From NCBI GenBank assembly GCA_965214095.1, contig OZ243938.1:1056001-1120000 (forward strand): a stretch of 64,000 nt of DNA, read 5' to 3'. Under the pieces are notes generated by a model. It was not told the origin of the DNA and did no database searches. It was given only the letters and a program-made list of their open reading frames with translations. The first letter of the stretch is position 1, and the number at the start of each line of letters is the position of its first letter. This document shows positions 1-10,063 of this stretch, in pieces. The stretch is from Candidatus Poribacteria bacterium. Its GTDB lineage: Bacteria > Poribacteria > WGA-4E > WGA-3G. The position numbers and the translations under genes were made by a program.

Positions 1-3000
1 TTGAGACAAAAAAAGCTTATACAATAACTGTTACTGTCACTGATGGAAATCTTACAGATATTATCAACGTTACTATTAACGTTAGTAATGTCAACGAGGC
101 ACCATTCTTCACAGATGGAGAAAAAACCACTCGATTAATCACTGAGAATGCTGCTGCAGACGTCAACATTGGAACGCCAATTGCTGCAACAGATCCCGAT
201 GGCAATTCATTAACATACACGCTCAGTGGAACGGATGCTACTTCTTTTGACATTGTAAAAATGACAGGACAATTGAAAACTAAGGCTGCACTTGATTACG
301 AAACAAAAAACGCCTACACAATAACTGTTACGGTTACTGATGGTGAGTTAACAGACACAATAACTGTTGATATAAATGTCACTGACATAGACGAAACAAT
401 TCCAAACCGCGCGCCAATATTCACAGAGGGTAACAGTACGACTCGAACAGTTGCAGAAAACACAGTAACTGGAACAAACATCGGGGATGCTATCACCGCA
501 ACTGATGCAGATGAAGACACACTGACATATACACTTGGCGGTACTGATAACACTTCCTTTGATATTGACCCAACAACCGGACAATTGAAAACAAAATCTG
601 AACTCAATTTTGAGACAAAAAAGGCTTATACAATAACTGTTACGGTTACTGATGGTGAGTTAACAGACACAATAACTGTTGATATAAATGTCACTGACAT
701 AGACGAAACAATTCCAAACCACGCGCCAATATTCACAGAGGGTAACAGTACGACTCGAACAGTTGCAGAAAACACAGTAACTGGAACAAACATCGGGGAT
801 GCTATCACCGCAACTGATGCAGATGAAGACACACTGGCATATACACTTGGCGGTACCGATAACACTTCCTTTGATATTGATACAACAACCGGACAATTAA
901 AAACAAAAGCTGAACTTAACTATGAGACTAAGAAATCATATTCAGTTTCTGTCACCGTCTCGGATAATGTCATTTCTGCTACTATTGATGTAACCATTAA
1001 CATCATTGATATAAACGACGCACCTGTGTTTACAGATGGTACTGAAACAACCCGATCAATACTTGAAAATACTGTTTCTGATGTAAATATTGGCACTCCA
1101 ATATCAGCGACAGATGCGGATGAAGACACACTGATATATACCCTTGGCGGTATAGATGCAAGTTCATTTAGTATTGAGAGAACGACTGGACAATTAAAAA
1201 CCAATGCAGCACTTGATCATGAATCAAAGTCATCATATTCGGTAACAGTCTCTGTTTCCGATGATGATGCAACCGCCGAAATCTTAGTCACAATCACTGT
1301 CACAGACGAAAACGAAGCACCTGTGTTCTCCGAAGGTGAATCCACGACGCGTTCAGTCGCAGAGAATACTGATTCAGGAGAGAATATCGAGGCTCCTGTT
1401 TCTGCAACAGATGACGACAATGACACGTTGGAATATGCACTGAATGGAACAGATTCATCTTCGTTTAATATTGATAGTACGACTGGACAGTTGAAAACCA
1501 GTGCAGCCCTTGACTTCGAAGCAAAGAAGTTGTTTTCAGTGACAATCTCTGTCACTGATGGCAAGGGAGGTTCCGATTCTATCTCTGTTACCATCAGTAT
1601 CACAGATATAGACGAAAACACATCAAGACCAGAATTTACAGGTGTCTGCGATAGAACCCCACAAGTCAGAGATGAAATTGTTAGGGAAGCAGGTGTTACC
1701 GATTGCAGCGAAGTAACTGCAGAACACCTCGCAGCAATTACAATATTCAACCTTCAAGACAAATCCATTACTTCTCTAAAATTAGGTGATTTTGATGGAA
1801 TGTCAAACCTTAAGACACTCAGACTATGGGATAATCAACTTACATCCCTACCTGAGGACATATTTCAACCGTTAACCAGTATGACACGGTTGAAGTTGGA
1901 AAGAAATCAACTGACTACATTGCCAGAAGACATCTTTGATGGGTTGACTTCACTGGAATCCATCTGGCTACAAGCAAATAAAATCACCAGTTTACCAGAA
2001 GACATCTTTGATGGATTGACTTCATTGGATTTTATCACAATTACTGAAAATAAACTTTCCAGCTTGCCAGAGGATATTTTTGATGGGTTATCTTCACTTA
2101 CTTTACTTACTATGGATGCCAATCAAATAACCAGTATACCAGAAGACCTGTTTGATGGAATGTCATCCTTAATGCGTCTATATATAAGTAAGAATAAAAT
2201 CTCAACGCTACATGTGGATGTATTTGATGGATTGACATCACTAAAGACTATCAGTCTTGGTAGCAATGATATTACGAGCATCTCAAAAGAACATTTTGAT
2301 GGTTTGTCCTCGCTGACAAATATTGGCTTGTCTGCCAATGAACTTACAAGTCTGCCAGAAGATCTGTTTGACGGTAAGTCTGCATTGGAAAGACTGAGTT
2401 TACAAGTAAACAAATTTACAACTTTACCAGAAGATGTGTTTGATGGACTATCCTCACTCAAATATCTGTACTTACAACATAATGAAATCACAAGTCTACC
2501 GAGTGATATCTTTGATGGATTGTCTTCACTAACTAATCTTGATCTGAATAGCAATAAATTTACGAGTTTACCAGAAGATATATTTGATGGGTTGTCATCA
2601 TTGAGTCGTCTTGAATTACAATGGAACAGAGAACTTACGAGTTTACCAGAAGATATATTTGATGGATTGTCATCACTGGAAGATCTCGTATTGCATAATA
2701 CAGCACTAACAAGTCTACCTGCTGATTTATTTGATGGATTGTCATCTCTGACGGATATTGAGTTATATGACACACAAATTACGAGCTTACCAGATGGTAT
2801 ATTTGACGGGTTGTCATCTTTGACAACACTTACCTTTGCCAAATTCAGAAATGAGATTCTATCTTTAACGGTTTCTCTTGAAAAAGTTGGAGACAACCAG
2901 TTCAAAGCTGTTATGCCTGTCGGTGCTCCATTTTCAATAGAATTACCCATCAGTGTAACGAATGGGAGTATCAGTGGAGAGGCAACGTCTGTAACGATTT

Positions 3001-3503
3001 TGACAGGCAGTGTTGAAAGTTCGCCTCTATCTATAACCCGAACATCTGGCACAACTGCTGCAGTTACCGTTGATATAGGCACGCTACCCAGTATACCTTC
3101 ATCACATAATGGATACATACTTGCCAAATCTGCTGATCTACCATTGGAAGTTTTGAGTATTGTGGCGAGTGCACCGACCATCGTCAGCAACAGCAACCAT
3201 CAAACACCAAAAGAAACATCTCTGCTATCAAACTATCCAAACCCGTTCAATCCAGAGACATGGATACCGTATCAGTTAGCAAATCCTGCTGATGTCTCAG
3301 TGACTATTTACAACATACACGGTCTCGTTGTGCGACAATTTGCGTTGGGTCGTCAACCGAAAGGACTCTATCATAATCGTAGTAAAGCTGTATATTGGGA
3401 TGGTCGGAATACGTTTGGTGAACGTGTTGCGAGCGGTGTGTATTTTTATAAGTTGAATGCAGGTGATTATTCGGCGACACGCATTATGTTGATAAAGAAA
3501 TAG
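1..3503 (+). CDS. Secreted cadherin-repeat + leucine-rich-repeat protein with FlgD-Ig/T9SS-type-A-like C-terminal domain (5' end outside window)
   Basis: Frame is open from base 3 (ETKKAYTITVTVTDG...), in frame with ORF 261-3503. At least 5 cadherin domains (AxDxD, LDYE), a Cys-capped array of 15 ~24-aa LRRs, and a C-terminal NYPNPFNPETWIPYQL...RIMLIKK. Confidence 0.9.
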   Translation, partial: ETKKAYTITVTVTDGNLTDIINVTINVSNVNEAPFFTDGEKTTRLITENAAADVNIGTPIAATDPDGNSLTYTLSGTDATSFDIVKMTGQLKTKAALDYETKNAYTITVTVTDGELTDTITVDINVTDIDETIPNRAPIFTEGNSTTRTVAENTVTGTNIGDAITATDADEDTLTYTLGGTDNTSFDIDPTTGQLKTKSELNFETKKAYTITVTVTDGELTDTITVDINVTDIDETIPNHAPIFTEGNSTTRTVAENTVTGTNIGDAITATDADEDTLAYTLGGTDNTSFDIDTTTGQLKTKAELNYETKKSYSVSVTVSDNVISATIDVTINIIDINDAPVFTDGTETTRSILENTVSDVNIGTPISATDADEDTLIYTLGGIDASSFSIERTTGQLKTNAALDHESKSSYSVTVSVSDDDATAEILVTITVTDENEAPVFSEGESTTRSVAENTDSGENIEAPVSATDDDNDTLEYALNGTDSSSFNIDSTTGQLKTSAALDFEAKKLFSVTISVTDGKGGSDSISVTISITDIDENTSRPEFTGVCDRTPQVRDEIVREAGVTDCSEVTAEHLAAITIFNLQDKSITSLKLGDFDGMSNLKTLRLWDNQLTSLPEDIFQPLTSMTRLKLERNQLTTLPEDIFDGLTSLESIWLQANKITSLPEDIFDGLTSLDFITITENKLSSLPEDIFDGLSSLTLLTMDANQITSIPEDLFDGMSSLMRLYISKNKISTLHVDVFDGLTSLKTISLGSNDITSISKEHFDGLSSLTNIGLSANELTSLPEDLFDGKSALERLSLQVNKFTTLPEDVFDGLSSLKYLYLQHNEITSLPSDIFDGLSSLTNLDLNSNKFTSLPEDIFDGLSSLSRLELQWNRELTSLPEDIFDGLSSLEDLVLHNTALTSLPADLFDGLSSLTDIELYDTQITSLPDGIFDGLSSLTTLTFAKFRNEILSLTVSLEKVGDNQFKAVMPVGAPFSIELPISVTNGSISGEATSVTILTGSVESSPLSITRTSGTTAAVTVDIGTLPSIPSSHNGYILAKSADLPLEVLSIVASAPTIVSNSNHQTPKETSLLSNYPNPFNPETWIPYQLANPADVSVTIYNIHGLVVRQFALGRQPKGLYHNRSKAVYWDGRNTFGERVASGVYFYKLNAGDYSATRIMLIKK
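317..904 (+). repeat. Near-identical intragenic tandem duplication of one cadherin domain (period 312 bp)
   Basis: acaataactgttacggttactgatggtgagttaacagac... recurs 312 bp later with few substitutions. Confidence 0.9.
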
Positions 3504-3550
3504 TACTCATGGGTGTTATATACATTGAATTAAATTCGTTTATCAATTAA

Positions 3551-3589
3551 CATGTATTAGGAGAAAGATTGCATGTATTAGGAGAAAGA
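3551..3589 (+). repeat. Short direct duplication containing the RBS (catgtattaggagaaaga x2, period 21)
   Basis: Two exact 18-bp copies just upstream of the TTG at 3594. Confidence 0.8.
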
Positions 3590-3593
3590 AATC

Positions 3594-4616
3594 TTGTCAC
3601 CCACTTCAAATGTTCGCATTGCCTTCTACGGATGCGGTAATTTCGCTAAAAAAAACCGAATTCCGAACCTTTTGCAGTTGGATTCCGTTAATATAATTGC
3701 CGTGTGTGATAGTAATATGGAAACAGCACAGGAAGTTGCTGAACAGTTTGACGTTCCAAATATCTATCACAGTGAAAATGGTGGTGCACACGAAATGTTG
3801 AATAAGCATGATTTCGATGTGCTTTATTCTATTGTGCCTGCTTATGTACGGACAGATGTTGAGGTAAACGCCGCAGAAAAGGGAATCCATATATTCAGTG
3901 AAAAACCACAGGCAATCAAGATGCAAGTTGCTAATCGTATTGACAAGGCGATTCAACATGCAGAAGTTATTAGCACTGTTGGGTTTCGCGAACGTTATCG
4001 TCCAATCTTCCAAAAAGCACGTGATTTTTTGATGGATAAAACCATCGTGCATGTGCGTTTTGTAAGCTATGGAGGATTGCCAGCCAAAGCAGAGAGTTCA
4101 CCAAAAACGTGGTGGGCAGACATGAATAAATCGGGCGGACGCGCACTTGATTGGGGTGTCCATGCTACTGATTATAGTCGCTTTATGACAGGTTTGAACG
4201 TATCTAAATCGCAAGCGTTTTATTGTGAAAGATCTTCATATAACACACCGTTATCGTGTATATTCAATTACTCCTTTGAAAACGGTGCGACTATGACACT
4301 CAACTTTATCTCTGCAGGAGCAAGTCCGAATAATGAACCGTGGTTTACAGTTTTCTATGAAGGTGGCTATCTCGCAATCTTCCGCTACGATAGAATAGAG
4401 GTAAACGGTGAATTGTTCTATCAAGCAGAGGAATTCAACCCGTGGTTAGAACAGGATAAAACCTTTATTCGTGCTGTTCAGACTGGTGATGCAAACATTT
4501 TACAAAGCGATTATCACGACGGTTTATTTTCTTTAGCACCTGTTCTGGCAGGCTGGGAATCAGCACGTCGTGAAGGAGAATGTATTGATATAGATACGTT
4601 CATGGATATTACTTAA
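3594..4616 (+). CDS. Gfo/Idh/MocA family oxidoreductase
   Basis: Rossmann GCGNFA, HIFSEKP, GFRERY and DWGVH motifs; TTG start with aggag RBS. Confidence 0.9.
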   Translation: MSPTSNVRIAFYGCGNFAKKNRIPNLLQLDSVNIIAVCDSNMETAQEVAEQFDVPNIYHSENGGAHEMLNKHDFDVLYSIVPAYVRTDVEVNAAEKGIHIFSEKPQAIKMQVANRIDKAIQHAEVISTVGFRERYRPIFQKARDFLMDKTIVHVRFVSYGGLPAKAESSPKTWWADMNKSGGRALDWGVHATDYSRFMTGLNVSKSQAFYCERSSYNTPLSCIFNYSFENGATMTLNFISAGASPNNEPWFTVFYEGGYLAIFRYDRIEVNGELFYQAEEFNPWLEQDKTFIRAVQTGDANILQSDYHDGLFSLAPVLAGWESARREGECIDIDTFMDIT

Positions 4617-4642
4617 CTATTTTTCAATATAGAGGATTTATT

Positions 4643-4858
4643 ATGGATGCAAAACTGAAGAAGATACAGATTACACCAATGAAGTTTGATAAAGATGGAG
4701 ACGTTCAAAAAGAGGAATTCGCTACACTCACAATTGAAGTTCCTATGGATAGTGCGGTGCAACGTGAAGCTATCGTCTCAATACTACAACTTCTTAGCAG
4801 AGAGTGGATTGTTATGGAAATTGAGAGCAAGTCACCTGGGGCAGTCGGTACATCTTAA
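4643..4858 (+). CDS. Small hypothetical protein (71 aa)
   Basis: gagga RBS, ATG start, co-oriented with neighbours; no recognisable motif. Confidence 0.65.
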   Translation: MDAKLKKIQITPMKFDKDGDVQKEEFATLTIEVPMDSAVQREAIVSILQLLSREWIVMEIESKSPGAVGTS

Positions 4859-4883
4859 ACTATTGTTCTGTCTACACTAATCT

Positions 4884-4968
4884 TGTAGGTCGGGTAGAGG
4901 CACGACACCCGACCTACAGTCCTTTGTAATCAATAAAGTCGGGTTTCGTGCCTCTACCCGACGGACAA
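4884..4968. repeat. GTAG-type REP-like doublet
   Basis: tgtaggtcgggt-agaggcacgac-acccgacctaca hairpin followed by an inverted copy gtcgggtttcgtgcctctacccgac. Confidence 0.8.
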
Positions 4969-4975
4969 TGTCCGA

Positions 4976-6142
4976 ATGGACACTCCACTAGTCATGAAAA
5001 AAAGTTATCTCTTTACACCAGGTCCAACACCAATTCCACCAGAAGCGTTGTTAGCAATGGCACAACCCATTGACTACCATCGAAGCGATGATACAGTTGA
5101 CCTGATTAAAGATGTTTTGGAAAAATTGAAGCATGTTTTCCAAACAGAAAACGATGTCCTATTCTTGACATCATCTGGCACTGGAGCAATGGAAGGTGCT
5201 GTTGCAAACCTACTATGCAGAGGAGATAAGGTCATCGTAATTCGCAGCGGAAAATTCGGAGAACGGTGGGCAGAAATTTGTGATGCTTATGGCGTTAATG
5301 CAATTCCTATTGATGTTAGATGGGGAGATTCTGTTGCACCTGAAGCCGTTGAATCGGGGTTATCCTCACATCCTGACGTAAAAGCAGTTTTCGCAACACT
5401 CTGTGAAACTTCCACAGGAGTATTGCATGACATAGAAGCACTCGCTGGTATAACACAACGCACATCAACTTTGCTTGTCGTTGATGCTGTTAGTGCACTC
5501 GGGGCAGATGATTTGCAGATGGATAGCTGGGGAGTTGATGTTGTGGTATCATGTTCACAGAAAGGACTGATGACACCACCCGGACTTGCTTTTGCTGCAC
5601 TAAATCAACGTGCATGGGACGCGACAGAAAAGTCAGATCTGCCGAAATACTACTTAGACTATCGTAAGGCACATCAAAGAGGATTAGAAGGTTCAGTTCC
5701 CTACACTCCAGCAGTTACGCTTCTAATTGCATTACAATGTGCGTTGAACCGTATTTGTGCCGAAGGAATCCACAATACAATCAGTCGCCATAGTCTAATG
5801 GCAGAAGCAACACGAAATGCTATTAAAGCCATCGGTCTTCCACTGTTTGCCTCATCACCCGCGAACACATTAACATCAATCCGTTTACCGAAAGAAATTG
5901 ATGGTAAGGCATTCGTGAAGATGATGAGAGAAAGACACGGTGTCACTTATGCGGGTGGACAAGGTGACTTGAGTGGTAAGATTGTCCGGATCGCGCACCT
6001 CGGTTGGATGAATGAAAACGATGTTATTGTTGCCATATCTGCTTTTGAGAGGGGTTTGATGGAAATAGGTTACGATGTTGAAATTGGTGCAGGCGTAGCA
6101 GCAGCACAGGATATATTCACAAAGTTGACAAATACAGAATGA
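4976..6142 (+). CDS. PLP-dependent class V aminotransferase (alanine-glyoxylate/serine-pyruvate type); start may be 4994
   Basis: LFTPGPT, SSGTGAME, ETSTG, VDAVSA and SQKG (PLP lysine) motifs. Confidence 0.9.
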   Translation: MDTPLVMKKSYLFTPGPTPIPPEALLAMAQPIDYHRSDDTVDLIKDVLEKLKHVFQTENDVLFLTSSGTGAMEGAVANLLCRGDKVIVIRSGKFGERWAEICDAYGVNAIPIDVRWGDSVAPEAVESGLSSHPDVKAVFATLCETSTGVLHDIEALAGITQRTSTLLVVDAVSALGADDLQMDSWGVDVVVSCSQKGLMTPPGLAFAALNQRAWDATEKSDLPKYYLDYRKAHQRGLEGSVPYTPAVTLLIALQCALNRICAEGIHNTISRHSLMAEATRNAIKAIGLPLFASSPANTLTSIRLPKEIDGKAFVKMMRERHGVTYAGGQGDLSGKIVRIAHLGWMNENDVIVAISAFERGLMEIGYDVEIGAGVAAAQDIFTKLTNTE

Positions 6143-6213
6143 CTATAAAGATATATGCAAAGCGAATAGTCTGATTTTTCTTATGTTTGATAAACCTATT
6201 TTCTGGAGACACA

Positions 6214-7488
6214 ATGTCTGAAACTACAATATTTGATTCTTCCTATGAACAACGCAAAAAACCACTATTGGCAAAAACATTAGACCGTCTACGTCCAATC
6301 TATAGTAGGTCTGATCTCAATGCTTTACGTATAGATAGCACGAGTCGAGAAGGTTTAGCACTACGTTCTGGACGTGGTTTTGTTAATCGTGATATTCTTG
6401 AAACTGTGCTGGGTAATCTACTGGAATGTGTCGCGCCAGGATCACACAACGCACCGCAGCTACAGAATCAAAAACGTGAACTATCAGAAGCAATAGAAGA
6501 GGTAGCTGACCAGTTGTATGCAATGGTGGTGCAATCGTTCTTAGCAGTGCCAGACGAAAAACATCTTGAAGCTGCTCTTGAAACTGCCTTCTCTCTTTTA
6601 TGGGAACTTCCAAGATTGAAAAGTCGAGCGTTGTGGAACAGATTCGCTTCTCTCAAAGACCCAGCCGTATGGGATGCATATCTACTCCATAACGGTGTTT
6701 CTCGTGAAAAACTTGCTGCTCAGGATTTTCGTAAACACATAGATATCGCAATCCATGAACGTACCTTTGAACCGTACGAAGACTTTCTCGGCACTTTGAA
6801 CGCTACTGCCGCATTAGATTATCAACTACAACTGGTTGTCAGTACATACCCCGGTTGGCGTGTACTCTTCTATCATGATGTCGCACATGCCCTAACACGA
6901 ACCGAACCGCCAGAAGACAATACAGAACTCCATAGAGTCCCTGTACCCCTCTTGCCTCGAGCAATTTCAGAATTAGGCGGTCGTTATTATCAAGCTGATT
7001 TACATCCAGAAACGCAAATCGGTGATGCGAATCTTTTAGAACATCCACACCGAGGTGTAACAACCGGACAAACGGGAATCATCGGTTCAGGATGTGTGAT
7101 TTACCCATGCACACTTGGCGGTTTGAGTGTCAAAGTCAAGCAACGGCATCCGGTAATCGGTGATTTTGTTGAAATTGGCACGGATACAAGCCTCCTCGGT
7201 CCCGTTCAAATCGCTGATCGCACAACTATTGGTACAAATACTGAAATATATGGGTTCGTAGAGATTGATCAAAGGTGTCGGATCGGTTCATCCGTTGTTA
7301 TTGGAACAATCCGTGGTGCTGCTGAACATCCCGGTAAGATTATGATTGGTGACGAAGTGCGGATTGGTGATGGCACGGTGATAGAAAACACATCTGAAAT
7401 GGATCTGATTATACCGACTCGCGCACAAATTCCCGCCAGAAGCCACGTCGCTAATGACGGTTTTGGATTTCCAAGATATATAACATAG
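6214..7488 (+). CDS. Divergent serine O-acetyltransferase (CysE)-like hexapeptide-repeat protein with long N-terminal extension
   Basis: PRAISEL...ADLHPETQIG...EHPHRGV...TLGG...RHPVIGD parallels the CysE pattern DIHPGA..IDHGTGV..TLGG..RHPTIG; left-handed beta-helix repeats; ggag RBS before ATG 6214. Confidence 0.7.
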   Translation: MSETTIFDSSYEQRKKPLLAKTLDRLRPIYSRSDLNALRIDSTSREGLALRSGRGFVNRDILETVLGNLLECVAPGSHNAPQLQNQKRELSEAIEEVADQLYAMVVQSFLAVPDEKHLEAALETAFSLLWELPRLKSRALWNRFASLKDPAVWDAYLLHNGVSREKLAAQDFRKHIDIAIHERTFEPYEDFLGTLNATAALDYQLQLVVSTYPGWRVLFYHDVAHALTRTEPPEDNTELHRVPVPLLPRAISELGGRYYQADLHPETQIGDANLLEHPHRGVTTGQTGIIGSGCVIYPCTLGGLSVKVKQRHPVIGDFVEIGTDTSLLGPVQIADRTTIGTNTEIYGFVEIDQRCRIGSSVVIGTIRGAAEHPGKIMIGDEVRIGDGTVIENTSEMDLIIPTRAQIPARSHVANDGFGFPRYIT

Positions 7489-7527
7489 AAAGATCGGCAT
7501 ACACACAAAATAGAGACTATATTTGAT

Positions 7528-9090
7528 ATGAAAAAGATAGAACGCGCGCTCATTAGTACTTATGATAAGACTGACCTAATTGACATTGGAAATGCACTCT
7601 TACAACATAAGGTAGAAATACTTTCCACAGGTGGCACTGCTAAACATCTTCGTGAAGCAGGAATAGAGATTATTGATGTCTCTGAATACACAGGTTTTCC
7701 TGAGATGTTAGATGGGAGGGTTAAGACACTTCACCCTAAAATCCATGGAGGATTGCTGGCACAATGGGAAAATGCTGAACACTCAGCACAAGCGGTAGAA
7801 AACGGCATCAAACCTATTGACATGGTGATTTGCAACCTCTATCCATTTGAGGAAACAGTTGCCAAACCTGATGTCACCATTGAAGATGCCATTGAAAATA
7901 TAGACATCGGGGGACCAACAATGATTCGCGCTGCGGCCAAAAACTATCGGCAAGTTGCAGTCCTAACAGTCTCCAATCAATATGCACAAATCATCTCTGA
8001 TTTAGATGCTAACGATGGATGCCTTTCCAATGAATTACGTTTTGAGTTAGCAAAAACAGCGTTCCTCCACACCGCACATTACGACAGAGCAATTTCTACC
8101 TATCTTGCAAATTTAGATAATGACGATAAATTCAGTAATACACGGACACTGCAATATCATAAAGCAGATTCATTGAGATATGGTGAGAACCCACATCAGA
8201 GTGCTGCATTTTACAGAACTGAGACAAAACCTGCCCCTTGTGCTGCCTGGGCAAAACAACTGAATGGTTCACCTCTATCTTTCAATAACATCCTCGATTT
8301 GGATGCGGCTTTAGAAATAGTAAAGGATTTCAAAACACCCACATGTGCCATCATCAAACATAACAACCCGTGTGGACTTGCCAGTGCTGAAAACCTCCAA
8401 GATGCATTTACAAACGCACTTGAATGTGACAAAACTTCTGCATTCGGTTCAATTGTAGGCTTAAATCGTAAAGTTACAATTCAGACAGCGAATACTATCC
8501 GAGAAGCTGCAAAATCGGGAGTTAAGATTGAAGCGATCATCGCACCCAGTTATACAGAAAAAGCATTGTATGTATTATCTCTTGTGAAAGACAGAAGGAT
8601 ACTTGAAACCGGTTCACTTTCCTCATCAGAATCCGTTTTGCAAATTCGTAATGTCACAGGTGGTGTGCTTGTTCAAGAACAGGATGTACATCACATTGAT
8701 AGAAGTGATTTACAATTTGCCACAAAACGCAAACCCACGGACGAAGAGATAGAATCCTTGTTATTTGCATGGAAGGCGTGTAAACATGTCAAATCCAACT
8801 GTATCCTGCTTGCGCAAGACACACAAACTGTCGGTATCGGTGCAGGACAGATGAGTCGTGTAGATGCTGCTATTATCGCTGTTCGTAAAGCAGGTGAAAA
8901 AGCGATGGATTCGGTCTTAGCTTCGGATGCGTTCTTCCCATTTCCTGATGGTGTGGAGATTGCCGGTGAAGCAGGCATCCGTGCGATTATCCAACCCGGT
9001 GGCTCTGTCAATGATGACTTAGTGATAGAAACTGCGGACTCTTACGGTATGGCGATGGTATTTACGGGTGTCCGCCATTTCCGGCATTAG
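7528..9090 (+). CDS. purH: Bifunctional AICAR transformylase/IMP cyclohydrolase
   Basis: STGGTA, GRVKTLHP, IDIGGPTM, LRYGENPHQ, KHVKSN, ASDAFFPF, terminal RHFRH. Confidence 0.97.
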   Translation: MKKIERALISTYDKTDLIDIGNALLQHKVEILSTGGTAKHLREAGIEIIDVSEYTGFPEMLDGRVKTLHPKIHGGLLAQWENAEHSAQAVENGIKPIDMVICNLYPFEETVAKPDVTIEDAIENIDIGGPTMIRAAAKNYRQVAVLTVSNQYAQIISDLDANDGCLSNELRFELAKTAFLHTAHYDRAISTYLANLDNDDKFSNTRTLQYHKADSLRYGENPHQSAAFYRTETKPAPCAAWAKQLNGSPLSFNNILDLDAALEIVKDFKTPTCAIIKHNNPCGLASAENLQDAFTNALECDKTSAFGSIVGLNRKVTIQTANTIREAAKSGVKIEAIIAPSYTEKALYVLSLVKDRRILETGSLSSSESVLQIRNVTGGVLVQEQDVHHIDRSDLQFATKRKPTDEEIESLLFAWKACKHVKSNCILLAQDTQTVGIGAGQMSRVDAAIIAVRKAGEKAMDSVLASDAFFPFPDGVEIAGEAGIRAIIQPGGSVNDDLVIETADSYGMAMVFTGVRHFRH

Positions 9091-9108
9091 GATTGAAACT
9101 ATAGAACC

Positions 9109-9137
9109 TTGATTTGATTAGAACAATATGCTATAAT
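9109..9137 (+). promoter_or_regulatory. Sigma70-type promoter TTGATT-17-TATAAT with extended -10 TG
   Basis: Direct motif match upstream of the 9238 gene. Confidence 0.6.
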
Positions 9138-9237
9138 CATATCAAGATTTGTTTATAGAAATTGCGAACGAAGTTTCCTTTACTCCTACTTTGTCACACA
9201 AGTAGTTGACTACTTATTGTGCAATGGAGAAACCAGT

Positions 9238-9969
9238 ATGAAAAAACTGATTTTTCTCATCACTTTTGGTGTCATTCTTGTAGCACTTTTCCTATCAAGA
9301 AACTACCACACACTCGACTCTACAGACAAACTCATGGAGGTACTGCCTGCTGAAAAGCAAGAGAATACAAACACGGGATCATCAGATCAAAATGTAAAAG
9401 AAATTGTTAAGAAGCCAGTTGATCTGAAATCTGTTGATGAATCTGATCCATCAATACATCAAAAAGGTAGCGATCTCTCACAAGAAAAGGACGATTTACT
9501 AAATGAAGAATGGACAGATCAGGACTCGCAAAACGACGTGCTTACGAATGAACACTCTCTTCAAAGGAATCCATGGAAGACTACTATTGATACCGAAATA
9601 GAAGCAAAAGCGCGCGGCACGTGGATAGGTGATCCAGAAACGATGGATCCAGATGAACTTCATAGTGCACAGTATAACCAACTCCTTGAAAGGTTTGGAG
9701 ATATTCCAGAGGTACATACCTACATGGAGTATATGCGAAATGCTCCAATGACAATAGATGAGGATATTGCTGGATTGGAAGCAGCGAATCATCTATTTCC
9801 ATACGGATCTACCCGCCGTACATTGGCACTTTACAAGTGGATGAAAGCAAATGGTGGTTATAATGCCTTTGAACAAGGTATACCTATAAAAGAACTTCAA
9901 GATTTAGGTGTCACAGTTGAGATAAACGAAACAGATGAAGGATGGGGATATTATATCACAACGAAATGA
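9238..9969 (+). CDS. Hypothetical exported or membrane-anchored protein
   Basis: MKKLIFLITFGVILVALF signal/anchor, acidic linker, helical domain (QLLERFGDIPEVHT); ggag RBS. Confidence 0.75.
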   Translation: MKKLIFLITFGVILVALFLSRNYHTLDSTDKLMEVLPAEKQENTNTGSSDQNVKEIVKKPVDLKSVDESDPSIHQKGSDLSQEKDDLLNEEWTDQDSQNDVLTNEHSLQRNPWKTTIDTEIEAKARGTWIGDPETMDPDELHSAQYNQLLERFGDIPEVHTYMEYMRNAPMTIDEDIAGLEAANHLFPYGSTRRTLALYKWMKANGGYNAFEQGIPIKELQDLGVTVEINETDEGWGYYITTK

Positions 9970-10063
9970 TTTAGTTGAGGATAAATTTCCTCATAAATTG
10001 ATTCAAGTTAGTAATAAGACATCAAAAATTCTGTTTGAAATACTTTAATCTGGAATATGAAAA

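Noticed and set aside
2123-3196. 357-aa minus-strand ORF and the many short antisense ORFs over cadherin/LRR genes
   Set aside because: Shadow ORFs produced by repetitive codon usage on the coding strand.
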